A program made the translations under genes and the position numbers. Below, piece after piece: positions 37,468-47,839 of a stretch of DNA of 64,000 bases; the first letter of the stretch is position 1, and each line of letters starts with the position of its first letter. The notes under the pieces were generated by a model, which saw only the letters and a program-made list of their open reading frames with translations, did no database searches and was not told where the DNA came from. The DNA is taken from IMG/VR virus record IMGVR_UViG_3300036768_000756, positions 4,187 through 68,186 of that record; one strand, given 5' to 3'. The stretch is from a virus.

Positions 37468-40400
37468 ACCGCACCTCTACCCCGAGAATGCGCGGATCGT
37501 TGGTCCAGCTACTACTGGTGGCGTTCACGACTCCGCGCAATGCCACAGTTGATGCGCCGCTGCATGTCCCGGCACAGGTGACGTTAGTGAACGAAGCCTG
37601 AGTCACAGTATCTACGCTCGATGCTGTCTGTGATGTTGCGGCTGCCGTACCATAGGCAGCAGTAATTGCAGACCCCGAGGAAATACATTTACAACTCCAA
37701 TCAATCGCAAGCGTGTTGCTTGCTGAATCGCGATGCAATGCAACAGGCGCTACTGCGAGCGCTGACCCTGACCATCCGTCTGGCATGGAAAAAACGACCG
37801 AGAATTCCGATCCGGCGGCATCAGGGCAGGAAAGATAACTATATCCTGGGGTATTCCCACTTGGCGTGACGACGTCCTGCGTGCACGCGGTCGCAGCAGT
37901 GAATGCCAGCGGCGAGAGCAGGAGCGTGCGCTTGCTCGTGTCCACGTAGGACTTGTTAACGATATGGCTCGCCGAGGTTGGGGAATTAGAAACCGAACAT
38001 CTGTTGCTGTCTAACGCGCTGCATGTCAACATGCCGGTACCGTTAACGCCAAGGGATATGGCACCGCGATTGCCTTCATATCGTGTCACAGCAAAAGCCG
38101 GTAGGTCTACAATTGACGCGAACTTCGTTCCATCGGGCGCAAAGAATCCGACTATTCCGCCATTGCTGCCTCCATCGCCAATCTGCCCGATTGGCATTGA
38201 ATAAGTCGTGCCACTGGAGCGGTAACGCGGGATGTATCGCGTTCCGACCTTTGACATCCACAGCTCACCATCGATGGGATTTGGTTGTGCAGAACTATCG
38301 GTACTGGGTGGGCCGGCTCCAGGTGTATCACTGCCCGTATCTGTCCACGTATTTGACGACCAGCCAGAGAGCGTTTGCAAAAGCCCAAATGTGCCTCCGG
38401 ATGTCGGTGGCCGTCCGTAGATTTTCCAACCGCTGGCGCCATGAACCTGGTTCACCGTAATTGCCACGCCGCAATCAGAGCTGCAGCCGCTAAGCGTGAT
38501 ACACGCAGCATCGCCAGCGACAGTCTCGCCGGACTCGCTCACCGCGGTCGCGCGATAGCAATAGGTCCCGTTGCTAAGCGTACCGCCCGTAGTCTGCGAG
38601 AGCGCTACGGTCGGTGAAGCGAGCGTCGTGGTTTGCGGTTGGTCACAGTCAAGCACACCAAGATAACCGCTAGCATTGCCACCCCAGCGCTGGGCAATAT
38701 CAGCCGTCTTGGCGATGGCATCGATATATCTAATCGTGCCTGTGCCCTCGATGCGCCGGCGACAAGCGTTGTACGCAACGTTACCAGAGTAGATAAGATT
38801 AACCTTGTCACCGACAATCAAATCGTACAATGGTGGTCTGTCCGGAATCCCGCGCAACTTTGCAACAGTTATATCTCGTACTGACAGCTCGGGTAGATTT
38901 GCAGCTACAAAAGCATTGTTTGTCTGGCATGGACCGCGAATAGCTACCAGGGCGGCGTGTTTGTATGGCGATGGAGACGAAGCCGGATTAATCAGGCTGC
39001 GCATGATGCCGGTGTTAAAGCCAGTAGCGCAGCGATTAAACACAAACTCGACTTGCCCTTCGTAATCTGCTGTTACTTTAGGTCCGCCCTGAATAAACGC
39101 AAGATCAACTATAAAATCAACAGACCCCCCGGATACACGTGGAGATAGAATCGATTTGATCGCACCGCTTGACCCAAAACGCCTATTCGTAACGCACGAT
39201 GACCCAGGACAATCGGCATCAGACAAGCACGCAAGCTGCGTGTTATTAGCACATACCGCCGGGTGGTCCCCCTCAAGACGAATAGAGTGAAATGACGCAT
39301 TCCAGCCAAAACCGTACGTCCAAATATCATCAAAACCTACTGTCACATTGCCTGGGCCGGAAATAATGCCGTCGTATCCGCTACCCCAGTGAACTAGCGC
39401 AGCGTGTGTTGCGCCTGAGGCGACCACATCACCAGCAAACCATAACGCATGCCCGTTGCCCATATTGGTTATTTGCAAACGCCGAAACGCAACAGTACTC
39501 CTGTTGGAAACATACACCGTTGCAATGCTTGACGCAGAAAGAATTGTCGCCGATTGCCTATCTGGCCCAGCGTACGTAATTGAACCAGGGGACGGAATCG
39601 ATTTTACCGTTGTATCTATACATGGGCCGTTCGCTCCACAGTCCGCGTCAGTGTGACATTGGACATCCTGATTTCCTTGACAGGCAAAGCCAATCCATTC
39701 ATTGTACTGGCCCGCAGCTAAGTTAACCGCATAGAACTTAGCTGCGAACAAATTACATGAACCACCGCCGCACCAACTCCTGGGGCCATTGATACACGAT
39801 GATGCTACGCATGGCGACGATGGATGGGTACGGGAACATGTTTCATTTGATGGGCAATCATTGTCCACCGAGCAGCCGATATCGCTTACCGAGCAGTATT
39901 TCATGCACGGGGTATCCGTGCCGCTACACACAAGCGTTGAGCACACACCGCCGCCGGTGCAGTCGCGATGCTCGTTGCATGCTGCGCCAGCATTCGTGCC
40001 GCCTGCACAGCGCATGCAGTTTTTGGCGTTATCGTTGGAGCACGTATAAGCTCCATTGTCATTGTTCGCCAAAATCCGCGCGTGCACACCCTGCGGCCCT
40101 GTGATCGTTTTGCATGGTTTGTTGATCGGGCCGCATTCCGGACCGTCGGTGCCAGCTGGGTCAACATACAACGCGAACGCACTGGCAATGTCGGCTTGCG
40201 GAACTGGCGCGTTGACGACTTGGCCTCCGATCACGCGCAGCACTTGGCCAGTGGGGCTATCGGAGAGCGAGCCATTATTAGTGCCGCCCCAAGTAAGCGG
40301 CCATACGGTTTGCGGCAACGACATCGTGCCGGTGGAAGAATCATAAGACAGCGGAGAAGAAGCCTGAATCGATCTGCGCGCTTCGCTGTCTGAGTAAGCA

Positions 40401-40480
40401 TTATCTACGCGCGGTTGCGCGTAGACCACGAGCGCGCACATTAGGCCGACAAGCCCAATCGAGATCATTGCATGTCGCAT
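37442..40480 (-). CDS. Cys-rich tail-fibre/adhesin-like protein with signal peptide (copy 2)
   Basis: Homologue of 3746-6784. Confidence 0.75.
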   Translation of the reverse strand: MRHAMISIGLVGLMCALVVYAQPRVDNAYSDSEARRSIQASSPLSYDSSTGTMSLPQTVWPLTWGGTNNGSLSDSPTGQVLRVIGGQVVNAPVPQADIASAFALYVDPAGTDGPECGPINKPCKTITGPQGVHARILANNDNGAYTCSNDNAKNCMRCAGGTNAGAACNEHRDCTGGGVCSTLVCSGTDTPCMKYCSVSDIGCSVDNDCPSNETCSRTHPSSPCVASSCINGPRSWCGGGSCNLFAAKFYAVNLAAGQYNEWIGFACQGNQDVQCHTDADCGANGPCIDTTVKSIPSPGSITYAGPDRQSATILSASSIATVYVSNRSTVAFRRLQITNMGNGHALWFAGDVVASGATHAALVHWGSGYDGIISGPGNVTVGFDDIWTYGFGWNASFHSIRLEGDHPAVCANNTQLACLSDADCPGSSCVTNRRFGSSGAIKSILSPRVSGGSVDFIVDLAFIQGGPKVTADYEGQVEFVFNRCATGFNTGIMRSLINPASSPSPYKHAALVAIRGPCQTNNAFVAANLPELSVRDITVAKLRGIPDRPPLYDLIVGDKVNLIYSGNVAYNACRRRIEGTGTIRYIDAIAKTADIAQRWGGNASGYLGVLDCDQPQTTTLASPTVALSQTTGGTLSNGTYCYRATAVSESGETVAGDAACITLSGCSSDCGVAITVNQVHGASGWKIYGRPPTSGGTFGLLQTLSGWSSNTWTDTGSDTPGAGPPSTDSSAQPNPIDGELWMSKVGTRYIPRYRSSGTTYSMPIGQIGDGGSNGGIVGFFAPDGTKFASIVDLPAFAVTRYEGNRGAISLGVNGTGMLTCSALDSNRCSVSNSPTSASHIVNKSYVDTSKRTLLLSPLAFTAATACTQDVVTPSGNTPGYSYLSCPDAAGSEFSVVFSMPDGWSGSALAVAPVALHRDSASNTLAIDWSCKCISSGSAITAAYGTAAATSQTASSVDTVTQASFTNVTCAGTCSGASTVALRGVVNATSSSWTNDPRILGVEVRYDRSAHSD

Positions 40481-40956
40481 CGCACATAATCTCCTACGTT
40501 TTGGCGTGTTACGTACAGCTCGGAACACGAGCCCGTCGCCGGCGCCGGATAGCGCACGCAATCCCCATCAGACAGGTAGATGCCAGGACCGCCCCATGGT
40601 TGCGGTCCGACAGAGATCAACACCCGTCCCGCGTTGGGACTGGGCCCCCGCGCGCAACAGTAGCACCACGCAGCAGGGATTGGTGTGGGAGTGCCGGCCC
40701 CAACCGTCGGCGTCGGCGGGATTGCTGGCGTAGGCGTGCCCGGCGTGCCGCCTGCAAATGGTCCTTGGTAGATGCGGTTCCAGCGCGGCGAGTCAACAAT
40801 TTTGTCAGCGCACCGTTGCTCTCCATCGTAGCTGTAACAATGAGCGTCGATGACTGCGGTCGGCGTCGCGGCCGTCTGGACACCTAGGCCGCGATCGACC
40901 TGCGCAGATGCGGCAGTAGCAAAGAACCAGATGCACGTAGACAACAGATACATCAT
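40465..40956 (-). CDS. Secreted Cys/Pro-Thr protein (copy 2)
   Basis: Homologue of 6769-7260. Confidence 0.75.
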   Translation of the reverse strand: MMYLLSTCIWFFATAASAQVDRGLGVQTAATPTAVIDAHCYSYDGEQRCADKIVDSPRWNRIYQGPFAGGTPGTPTPAIPPTPTVGAGTPTPIPAAWCYCCARGPSPNAGRVLISVGPQPWGGPGIYLSDGDCVRYPAPATGSCSELYVTRQNVGDYVRCDMQ

Positions 40957-40972
40957 GGCGCGATATCTCCTC

Positions 40973-42301
40973 TCATGGTAGACCATCGCAGCCGCACGTC
41001 ACGTACGCACGGCGGATGTACTCGCATGCATCTGTCGGACAGCGCACGATAGCCGGCGTCGGTGAAGCTTTGGGCGTCGCCGTATACGTCCACGTCGCCG
41101 TGGCTCGTGCGGTCGCGGTGGCTGTGTGCCGTGCCGTGGCCGTCGGCGTGGGCTCCGGCGCGATTGCCGCACTCCACGCGGCCTGTCCCAGCACATCGAG
41201 CACCCAGGCGCGCGTGGCCGACATGGCTACTCGCCGCACCTGCGAGCCGCCAGGATACCCGCGCACGACATCGCGCACCACGAGCTGCTGGTCGAGCACG
41301 TAGAGATCGGATCCCGAGAGCAGCGCGATGCGCCCGGCGCGCGAGTCCAGTGCTGGGCCCTGCAGCGCCCGCCCACGGATCGAGGCGCCGACCGCTGGCG
41401 CGTCGCCACTCCACCCCGTGAGCCGCTCGGCACCCGCAGCGCCGTAGGTCCACAGCGCGCCGCGCCCATAGCACACAGTGTCCGCCAGGAGATAGCCGCC
41501 ATCGTATATCGCGATGCTGCTCGCAAGCGGAAGCCGTGTGGTGGACGTATCGCACGTGTGCGTGCCGTCGCCAGCAATGCGAGCGGTTGCGCCCATGTCG
41601 GAGACCGAGTAGATCGTGGCATAGTCAAGCACGATCCGGTCGAGTAGCGCCTGCGGTTGATTCAGGCCGCGCACCTGGACGTCGGGATCGATGCCGTCCA
41701 GGTCGCGGAGCACCGTCATTGTTCCGCACCGTGCGAGCACTCGCCGCCTGCCTGCGTGCATCGAGAGCCAGCCGGAGCATCCGACGCCCTGCTGGTCCGA
41801 GACAATCCGCGTCACAAGCGTCGTGGTGCGGCCCGGCACGCGCCACACGGCGAGCGAGCCGCGCTGGTTCGCGTCGAGCCCATACGTCGACAGCGCATAC
41901 AGCGCGCCTTCGGCATCGACCGCAATGCCCGTCACACGGCCCGAGACCGCAGCACCATCCACGCCGCCGATGTCCTGGCGCCATTGAGCGCCGGCGGCAC
42001 AAGCCAGGACCAGCATCAGCACCGGTAGGAGCGTCTCGATCGGTTTTCGCGCGCCGCGTGGCCAGTAATGCAGCATCGCACGCCACGGAGCGCCTAGATA
42101 CCGCGCGAGCTCTGCCGCGCGCGTGGCCCGCCGTTGTGCCCGGCCGCTACGCACCTCGACGAGCAGCGCATCGCCAGGCCGGATCGCCACGATGTCCGCA
42201 GGCCCCTTCGAGCCTGCCGCGCGGAAGCACGTGTATCCGCACGCTCGCAAGTGCTCGATGCTCCGCCGCTCGTAATACACTCCGCGCCGATAATTAGTCA
42301 T
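40973..42301 (-). CDS. Hjc-like nuclease / beta-propeller fusion (copy 2)
   Basis: Homologue of 7277-8605; in-frame fusion conserved. Confidence 0.7.
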   Translation of the reverse strand: MTNYRRGVYYERRSIEHLRACGYTCFRAAGSKGPADIVAIRPGDALLVEVRSGRAQRRATRAAELARYLGAPWRAMLHYWPRGARKPIETLLPVLMLVLACAAGAQWRQDIGGVDGAAVSGRVTGIAVDAEGALYALSTYGLDANQRGSLAVWRVPGRTTTLVTRIVSDQQGVGCSGWLSMHAGRRRVLARCGTMTVLRDLDGIDPDVQVRGLNQPQALLDRIVLDYATIYSVSDMGATARIAGDGTHTCDTSTTRLPLASSIAIYDGGYLLADTVCYGRGALWTYGAAGAERLTGWSGDAPAVGASIRGRALQGPALDSRAGRIALLSGSDLYVLDQQLVVRDVVRGYPGGSQVRRVAMSATRAWVLDVLGQAAWSAAIAPEPTPTATARHTATATARATATWTYTATPKASPTPAIVRCPTDACEYIRRAYVTCGCDGLP

Positions 42302-42990
42302 TTCTCACCTCCTTGGAGCGTCCAATCGCCCCATAGTGTCCAGTAGTCAAGCCGCCGTTGGCGCACGTAGACGCCATCGCCCTCGCGGCTGCCGGATGCG
42401 TCCGTATTGCCCTCGATCGTCTCGCCGGCTCGCAAAACGATCCCCATGTGGCCACCAATGCGCCCAACTCGCAGTGCGAGGCATCCACGATACATGCGAG
42501 CGACCTTCTGGCCGCGCGCATCGATCTCGATGGCGTGGTCGAGCACCCGTGCTGAGCGGATCCAGGTCCGCGGGCATCCGGTCCACCGCCGCACCGTCTC
42601 CAGGCACCACACGACGTACGCCGCACACCATGAGTGCTCTCCCGTCGGATCGAGCCCGGTCGTGCGCACGTACTCATCGATCTCCGGCCCGCGATTGCGC
42701 GCCTCCTCTCGCACTCCGAGCTGGGAGAGTCCAACGAGGCAGAGCAATCCCCTGAGCACCGATGTCGTGGCCGCGAATGGCCGGTGTAGTGTGAGCTCCG
42801 TGATGCGCCCGATGGTCGGGAGCTCGCCGCCGCCAACGGCGCGCAGCGCGGCTTCGGTGCGCGGGCCAAAAATCCCGTCGATCGGCCCAGGATCTGCGCC
42901 CTGCCGCATGGCAAGCTCCTGCAGCCAGCGCACTTCAGCGCCGCTATGCCCCTGGGAGAGCCTGATCCGCCGCTGCTGCGCCGCGAACAT
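42298..42990 (-). CDS. Endolysin, PG-binding plus CHAP (copy 2)
   Basis: WCAAYV, GHMGIV, TIEGNT. Confidence 0.9.
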   Translation of the reverse strand: MFAAQQRRIRLSQGHSGAEVRWLQELAMRQGADPGPIDGIFGPRTEAALRAVGGGELPTIGRITELTLHRPFAATTSVLRGLLCLVGLSQLGVREEARNRGPEIDEYVRTTGLDPTGEHSWCAAYVVWCLETVRRWTGCPRTWIRSARVLDHAIEIDARGQKVARMYRGCLALRVGRIGGHMGIVLRAGETIEGNTDASGSREGDGVYVRQRRLDYWTLWGDWTLQGGEK

Positions 42991-42991
42991 G

Positions 42992-43267
42992 CTACCCCCT
43001 ATGCCACGAAAGCGCCAAGAATGCCACCTGCGACAGCAGCCCGACGGCCGCAGCCACGGCCGCCCACGCCACGCGCGTGGCGAACGCACGCATCGCAGCG
43101 CGATCCTCAGCGATTTCGCGCGCAAGCGCGTCGACCGCAGCTCGCAAGTGCTCGATCTCGGTCTCCAGGGATGCGAGCCGCTCCAGGAGACCGCGGGTCG
43201 TGCCGTCGCCATACACAATGCGGTGAATGTCCTCTCCATCGTGTCTCATATCGCTGCACTCCATCAT
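42992..43267 (-). CDS. Lysis-associated membrane protein (copy 2)
   Basis: Homologue of 9296-9568. Confidence 0.55.
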   Translation of the reverse strand: MMECSDMRHDGEDIHRIVYGDGTTRGLLERLASLETEIEHLRAAVDALAREIAEDRAAMRAFATRVAWAAVAAAVGLLSQVAFLALSWHRG

Positions 43268-46200
43268 CTACTCCACGGCGGGACTCCGATAGTGCGGGAG
43301 TCCACGCGATATAGTGCCGGGGCATCGATGCTCACCGATTGCCCAGTCTGAATCCTTAGCCACACCTGCACATACGCCACAGCCTGCGCGGTCACCCGCG
43401 CGGTGGCGTAATACCTGAGCCACCCGAGCCCGTTGCGCTCTGCGGTAGGTCGCAGTGCGATCTGGAGATCGGTGCCGATAATGTTGCCGGCCGAGTCCAT
43501 CTGCCGCACCACGACGCTAGTGCGCTGCGTCGTGGAAAGCCAGGCTGCCCACAAGAACGTCCAGCCCGGGCGAGCGACGTGCAGTCGTGCTGCAGCGTCG
43601 GTATCACCGAGTGTCGGTGTATCGAAGAACGAGGCCGTAGCCGTGGCGGTGAGCGTCACGTAGCGGTCGCCAACACAATTCTGGTCCACGGTAACACTAG
43701 CCGTGGCTCCGTTATACCACCAACCGAGCGGGAATCCGCTCGACCGGAGCTGCGAGAAATCCGCGTTGCGGAACCTATTGCTGGTCGCGCGCGGCGCATC
43801 CGCGATCGCCGGCGCCAGGTCGATCACGCCCGGCTGCAATGTCGCCTGCGGCATGCCGGTCTGCACGTAGGCCATGTTGGATCGCCATGGAGCAAGCTCG
43901 ACCTCGGTCTCGTCGCCGATCTGGAGCGCGCGCACGATCCAGTCTCCGCTATGGCGGCCCGTGGAGTCAGCCACGCGCACGACGTCGTGCGGGCGGAGAT
44001 GCCAGAGCTCTGGCCCCCAGCCGCTCCGGATCGCAAGGCGATCCCTATCCGCAAGCTCGTGCGCTGCGATCCGGTACGCCATCGTGTCCACTGTCTGGCG
44101 ATCGAGTAATAGAGGCGCCGTCACCACGAGCTCGGGCCCGCTGTCGCTGAGCTGCAGCGACAGGTCTCCCGGATACTCGTCGAGCTGGTCCAGGACTGTC
44201 TCGTCGCTCGTGCCGCGCGCGCGAATGAGGGGCCCGAACCGCACCCGCAGTCGTGCCGGAGCAGGCCCAATCTCTGGACGCCCGCTCGCATCGTCGTAGC
44301 CGCCGGCGTCCGGGCCGAGCAGCAGCGTGTGTCTGCGGGTCCGCTCGGCTTCCCATGTCGCATGTCGGTCTCCGAGATCACGGATGGCCGCGCACGTGAC
44401 CTTGGCCAGCTCCTCCAGTACGAGCTGCGCGCTCTGCCGCTGGAGTGATGCACCGAGAGCGCCGTCGATCCTGCGCGACGGCCGAGCTGCCAGCATGCTC
44501 GCGGCCTGGTCGGAGCTCTGAAGTCCGAGCCCCATCGTCGAGTGCGCGAGCACGTCATGGATTGCCTGGGCATAGCTCGCCCGGGCGCGCTGCACCCGAG
44601 CCATGACGGCGCCGCGAGCCTGGCCGGGCAGCCGCACAATCGTGAGCCCCGTGCGGTAGTCCGCACCATCGAGCACCACGGCATCGCCCGACACCTCGCA
44701 GCCGGGCCCCACCTCGAGTACGGTCACGCCGCCGTAGGTCGAGCCCGCTGTGTAGCCGCGTCCAGGAGTGACGAGCGCGACCTCGGTCGCATAGCCGCCC
44801 GATGCCCTGAGGATCGCCACGCGCGCCCCACCGGAACCGACGGAGACGATATCGCCCGGAGAGCCCGCGACCGTGTTGGCTGCCGGTGTGGCCAGGATCG
44901 ACTTGATTATGCCGCTCGCTGTCGTGCCGGCGAATGAGATGCCCGACACGCTGACCTGCGTGTCGGAGCCCGATAACTGCACGGCCGTCACCTGCCCGTA
45001 GCGCCACATGGTATCGGTCGACGACATCCAACGGAGCGTCATGCCTGGTACCACGAGCCCGCGCTGGTCTCCGGAGACGACAATCGTGTCGCTCGCGGTA
45101 ATGCTCACCACGGCGAGGCTCGCCCACGAAGATGCGCGCTCGAGGCCCGCCTGCTGGGGCGCAATGTCCCACCACACGTCTCGCACTGCGAGGAAATCAG
45201 GCGTGCTCGATCCCGCAGGCCGCGCATCGGCCAGGGCAAAGTCGGTCCCGCCATCGAGCGTGCGTGATTCGCCAATGTGCGGCAGCGCATAGATCGCGTC
45301 GCCGTATGGCATCGGGATCGCCGCGCCCGGCTGGCTCGATAGCGGATACCGCCACGGCCACACGGCATCGGCTGGGATCGGATCCTGGGCGCGGTACGTG
45401 AGCCAGTCGGACAGCGTCACCGCTGTCCCGTCTCGACCATCGGCGACGGACGTGACGACCATGCGCGGCACGCGCGCGAGTGCGCCACCCGAGTCGAGCA
45501 CGTAGACATCGACCGTCCGCCCGATGAGCGCGCGGCCTGCGCCGGAGTACTGTCCGAGCGATGCACGCCAGAGCTCGCGCATATCGATGTCCGACAGCTC
45601 GCGCGGGATAATGGCGACATCAGCCACTGAGCCGTTGAAATTGTTGAGGCTGCTGGCTGCGGCCATGATGTATGCTGGCAGCGAGCCAGCGCCGAGCGTG
45701 AACGATCGTGTGACATCCATCTGCACGACGCCCTCGCGCCAGGAGCGCCACCGGCCCGTGGTGGGCTCATAGGTGTACGCAATCATGGTCCAGGCGTCGG
45801 ACGGGATCGCAATCTGCGAGTTGGGGCGCGGGTCGGTGCCTGTATAGCTTGCAGCGTAGAACTCGACCTGGCCGCTCACATAACCGTAGATGATCGCCCA
45901 GGAGCCAGCGTTGAGGAGATACTTTTGCACCTGCGAACCGATCGGGCGGACCCACATGAGCACGGTCCACGCCCCGGCGAGCGAGGGTGCGGGCCCGCCG
46001 GTCACCTGCACGTAGCTCCCGCTCGCACCATTCCCGCGCCACGCCTCACGGGCACGCTCGGAAAGATGGGGCCACGTGTCGTCATACGAGATCGACGACG
46101 TCGAGCACACGTAGTTGCGCGTGACGTCGGCATCGCCCGATACCTCGTGCCCACGCCACCACATCATGGGCCGATAACTGGCGATCAGCTCGCCCACCGT

Positions 46201-47058
46201 GCGCCGGTCCGTTGAGTCGAGCACCACGGTCGCCGGAGTCGCCTGCTCGAGGCCATAGTAGCCGCGCGAGAGCTCTGCGCCGATGCCCGTGATCCGCTGG
46301 ATGCGCGTGCGCGGCACGTTAGCCGATAGCGTCAGCAGCCGGTCGTCGGGCTCGTCCGTGGTCCAAGCCTGCTCGCTCGTGTCTCCACGCGCCACGTGGC
46401 ACACGTAGACGACACGGCTCTCTCGTGTTGCGCGCGGTGATCGGCCTACGCGCGGGTGCAGGTGGAGTGCTGGTGTGGCAGTGCTGGTATACGTCCCCAT
46501 GCTGCCGACGATGTCACGCTCCACGCCACCACCGCCGCGGAATGGCATATACGACGTGGGCCCATAGTCGAGTGCCGTGCGGCCCTGAGAGAGCTCGATG
46601 CAATCCGCATCGGAGAGAGCCCGCTGCCACAAAGCGACCTCGGCGACCACGCCGTCCAGCGTCTCCGTCCCGTTTGCGTGCCGCCCGATCCACATCGCGC
46701 CCGTCTGCGTGCCCATGGCGCCGACAGTCGCCTCCACGTATCGCACACCGTCATAGAATCCCGTCGCCGTGCTGCCCTGGCGTCGCATCACGACCCATCC
46801 GCCATACGCCCGATGGTATGGTTCTGCCAACTGCACGAGATAGACGTCATAGCTAGGCACGACGAGCCGGAAGCCAGTTGGGTCCACGCGCACCTGCCAC
46901 GAGACGGTCGTGGCACTGCCTGCGTAGAGCACGGTCTGTGCCGCTGACCCGGTCGAGTCCCACCGGCACCAAAATGCGATGGTCCACTCGCTGAGCCCCG
47001 CCAGAGGATGCTGGCCACTGCTGACCAGGTAGCGGATGCTGCTGCAGATGACCGCCAT
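43264..47058 (-). CDS. LamG-domain tail protein (copy 2)
   Basis: Homologue of 9568-13362. Confidence 0.8.
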   Translation of the reverse strand: MAVICSSIRYLVSSGQHPLAGLSEWTIAFWCRWDSTGSAAQTVLYAGSATTVSWQVRVDPTGFRLVVPSYDVYLVQLAEPYHRAYGGWVVMRRQGSTATGFYDGVRYVEATVGAMGTQTGAMWIGRHANGTETLDGVVAEVALWQRALSDADCIELSQGRTALDYGPTSYMPFRGGGGVERDIVGSMGTYTSTATPALHLHPRVGRSPRATRESRVVYVCHVARGDTSEQAWTTDEPDDRLLTLSANVPRTRIQRITGIGAELSRGYYGLEQATPATVVLDSTDRRTVGELIASYRPMMWWRGHEVSGDADVTRNYVCSTSSISYDDTWPHLSERAREAWRGNGASGSYVQVTGGPAPSLAGAWTVLMWVRPIGSQVQKYLLNAGSWAIIYGYVSGQVEFYAASYTGTDPRPNSQIAIPSDAWTMIAYTYEPTTGRWRSWREGVVQMDVTRSFTLGAGSLPAYIMAAASSLNNFNGSVADVAIIPRELSDIDMRELWRASLGQYSGAGRALIGRTVDVYVLDSGGALARVPRMVVTSVADGRDGTAVTLSDWLTYRAQDPIPADAVWPWRYPLSSQPGAAIPMPYGDAIYALPHIGESRTLDGGTDFALADARPAGSSTPDFLAVRDVWWDIAPQQAGLERASSWASLAVVSITASDTIVVSGDQRGLVVPGMTLRWMSSTDTMWRYGQVTAVQLSGSDTQVSVSGISFAGTTASGIIKSILATPAANTVAGSPGDIVSVGSGGARVAILRASGGYATEVALVTPGRGYTAGSTYGGVTVLEVGPGCEVSGDAVVLDGADYRTGLTIVRLPGQARGAVMARVQRARASYAQAIHDVLAHSTMGLGLQSSDQAASMLAARPSRRIDGALGASLQRQSAQLVLEELAKVTCAAIRDLGDRHATWEAERTRRHTLLLGPDAGGYDDASGRPEIGPAPARLRVRFGPLIRARGTSDETVLDQLDEYPGDLSLQLSDSGPELVVTAPLLLDRQTVDTMAYRIAAHELADRDRLAIRSGWGPELWHLRPHDVVRVADSTGRHSGDWIVRALQIGDETEVELAPWRSNMAYVQTGMPQATLQPGVIDLAPAIADAPRATSNRFRNADFSQLRSSGFPLGWWYNGATASVTVDQNCVGDRYVTLTATATASFFDTPTLGDTDAAARLHVARPGWTFLWAAWLSTTQRTSVVVRQMDSAGNIIGTDLQIALRPTAERNGLGWLRYYATARVTAQAVAYVQVWLRIQTGQSVSIDAPALYRVDSRTIGVPPWSR

Positions 47059-47839
47059 CTCTAGCGCACCTCCCGCAGTACGACGCGCCCGACCTCGATG
47101 AGCGTGGACGCGCGGTGCTGGATGCGGACCGGCTCCACGAGCCGGCAGACGTACGGCGTCGTGACTGGTACCACGAGCACTGGGTTCGGCCGCGCCTGCC
47201 CCAGTGCCTGCCAGATCGAAAGCTGCGACGCGGGGAGCGCACCGCCGCCCATCTCCAGAATGACCGCCTGCCGCGACGTGAGACGAGGCCTAAGCCCGTC
47301 GATCGTGCGCGCCGAGTCAATCGTGTAGCTGAGCGTGGGTGAGCCGTACGCCGCCTCTAGGCGTGTGCGCGCGAAGCCCATGGCACCGATGTACAGCATC
47401 CCAGAGCCATCGTCCGTCGTACTCGTCATTCCCCGGATCCGCCAGTAGCGACGCTGCACGCCGCCGCTGCCATAATCGACAAAGAGTTTCCGCCGTCCGG
47501 AGTACGCATCCACAGCCGCTGTATACGTGGTCGCGGTCCACGTTGTGGCGTCGGTCGAGTAGGCCACCTCGATCGACGAGAGATTCGGGGCATCGATCCA
47601 CACGCCAAACACCGTCAGGTTGCTGCCCAGGTCGATCTGGATGCCTGCCCCATTCGCGCTCGTGGCTCGCCATCCGACATATGGACGATCGAGATCAAGC
47701 ACGTCCCGAATGTCATAGCCGCCCGCAGTAGTGCCAACAGCAATGAGCGCGATCGGCGCATGCCAGTCGGTGATGACGATCATGCCGTGGCCCTCCCCGT
47801 GCGGTGCCCTGGCCGTCGCACAGGCAGCTGCGCCCGCAG
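46543..47839 (+). repeat. 1,297-bp apparently identical direct repeat, copy 2
   Basis: Matches 12847-14143. Confidence 0.85.
47061..47783 (-). CDS. Minor/distal tail protein (copy 2)
   Basis: Protein identical to 13365-14087. Confidence 0.65.
   Translation of the reverse strand: MIVITDWHAPIALIAVGTTAGGYDIRDVLDLDRPYVGWRATSANGAGIQIDLGSNLTVFGVWIDAPNLSSIEVAYSTDATTWTATTYTAAVDAYSGRRKLFVDYGSGGVQRRYWRIRGMTSTTDDGSGMLYIGAMGFARTRLEAAYGSPTLSYTIDSARTIDGLRPRLTSRQAVILEMGGGALPASQLSIWQALGQARPNPVLVVPVTTPYVCRLVEPVRIQHRASTLIEVGRVVLREVR

Larger units (their letters stand above)
12847..46542. mobile_element. One complete unit-length (33,696 bp) phage genome bounded by the identical block
   Basis: Offset between the two identical blocks is 33,696 bp; the interval holds exactly one copy of every module. 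Confidence 0.7.

Noticed and set aside
3746-47839. Diversity-generating retroelement (template/variable repeats)
   Set aside because: No reverse transcriptase; differences between copies are genome-wide and mostly synonymous, not adenine-specific.
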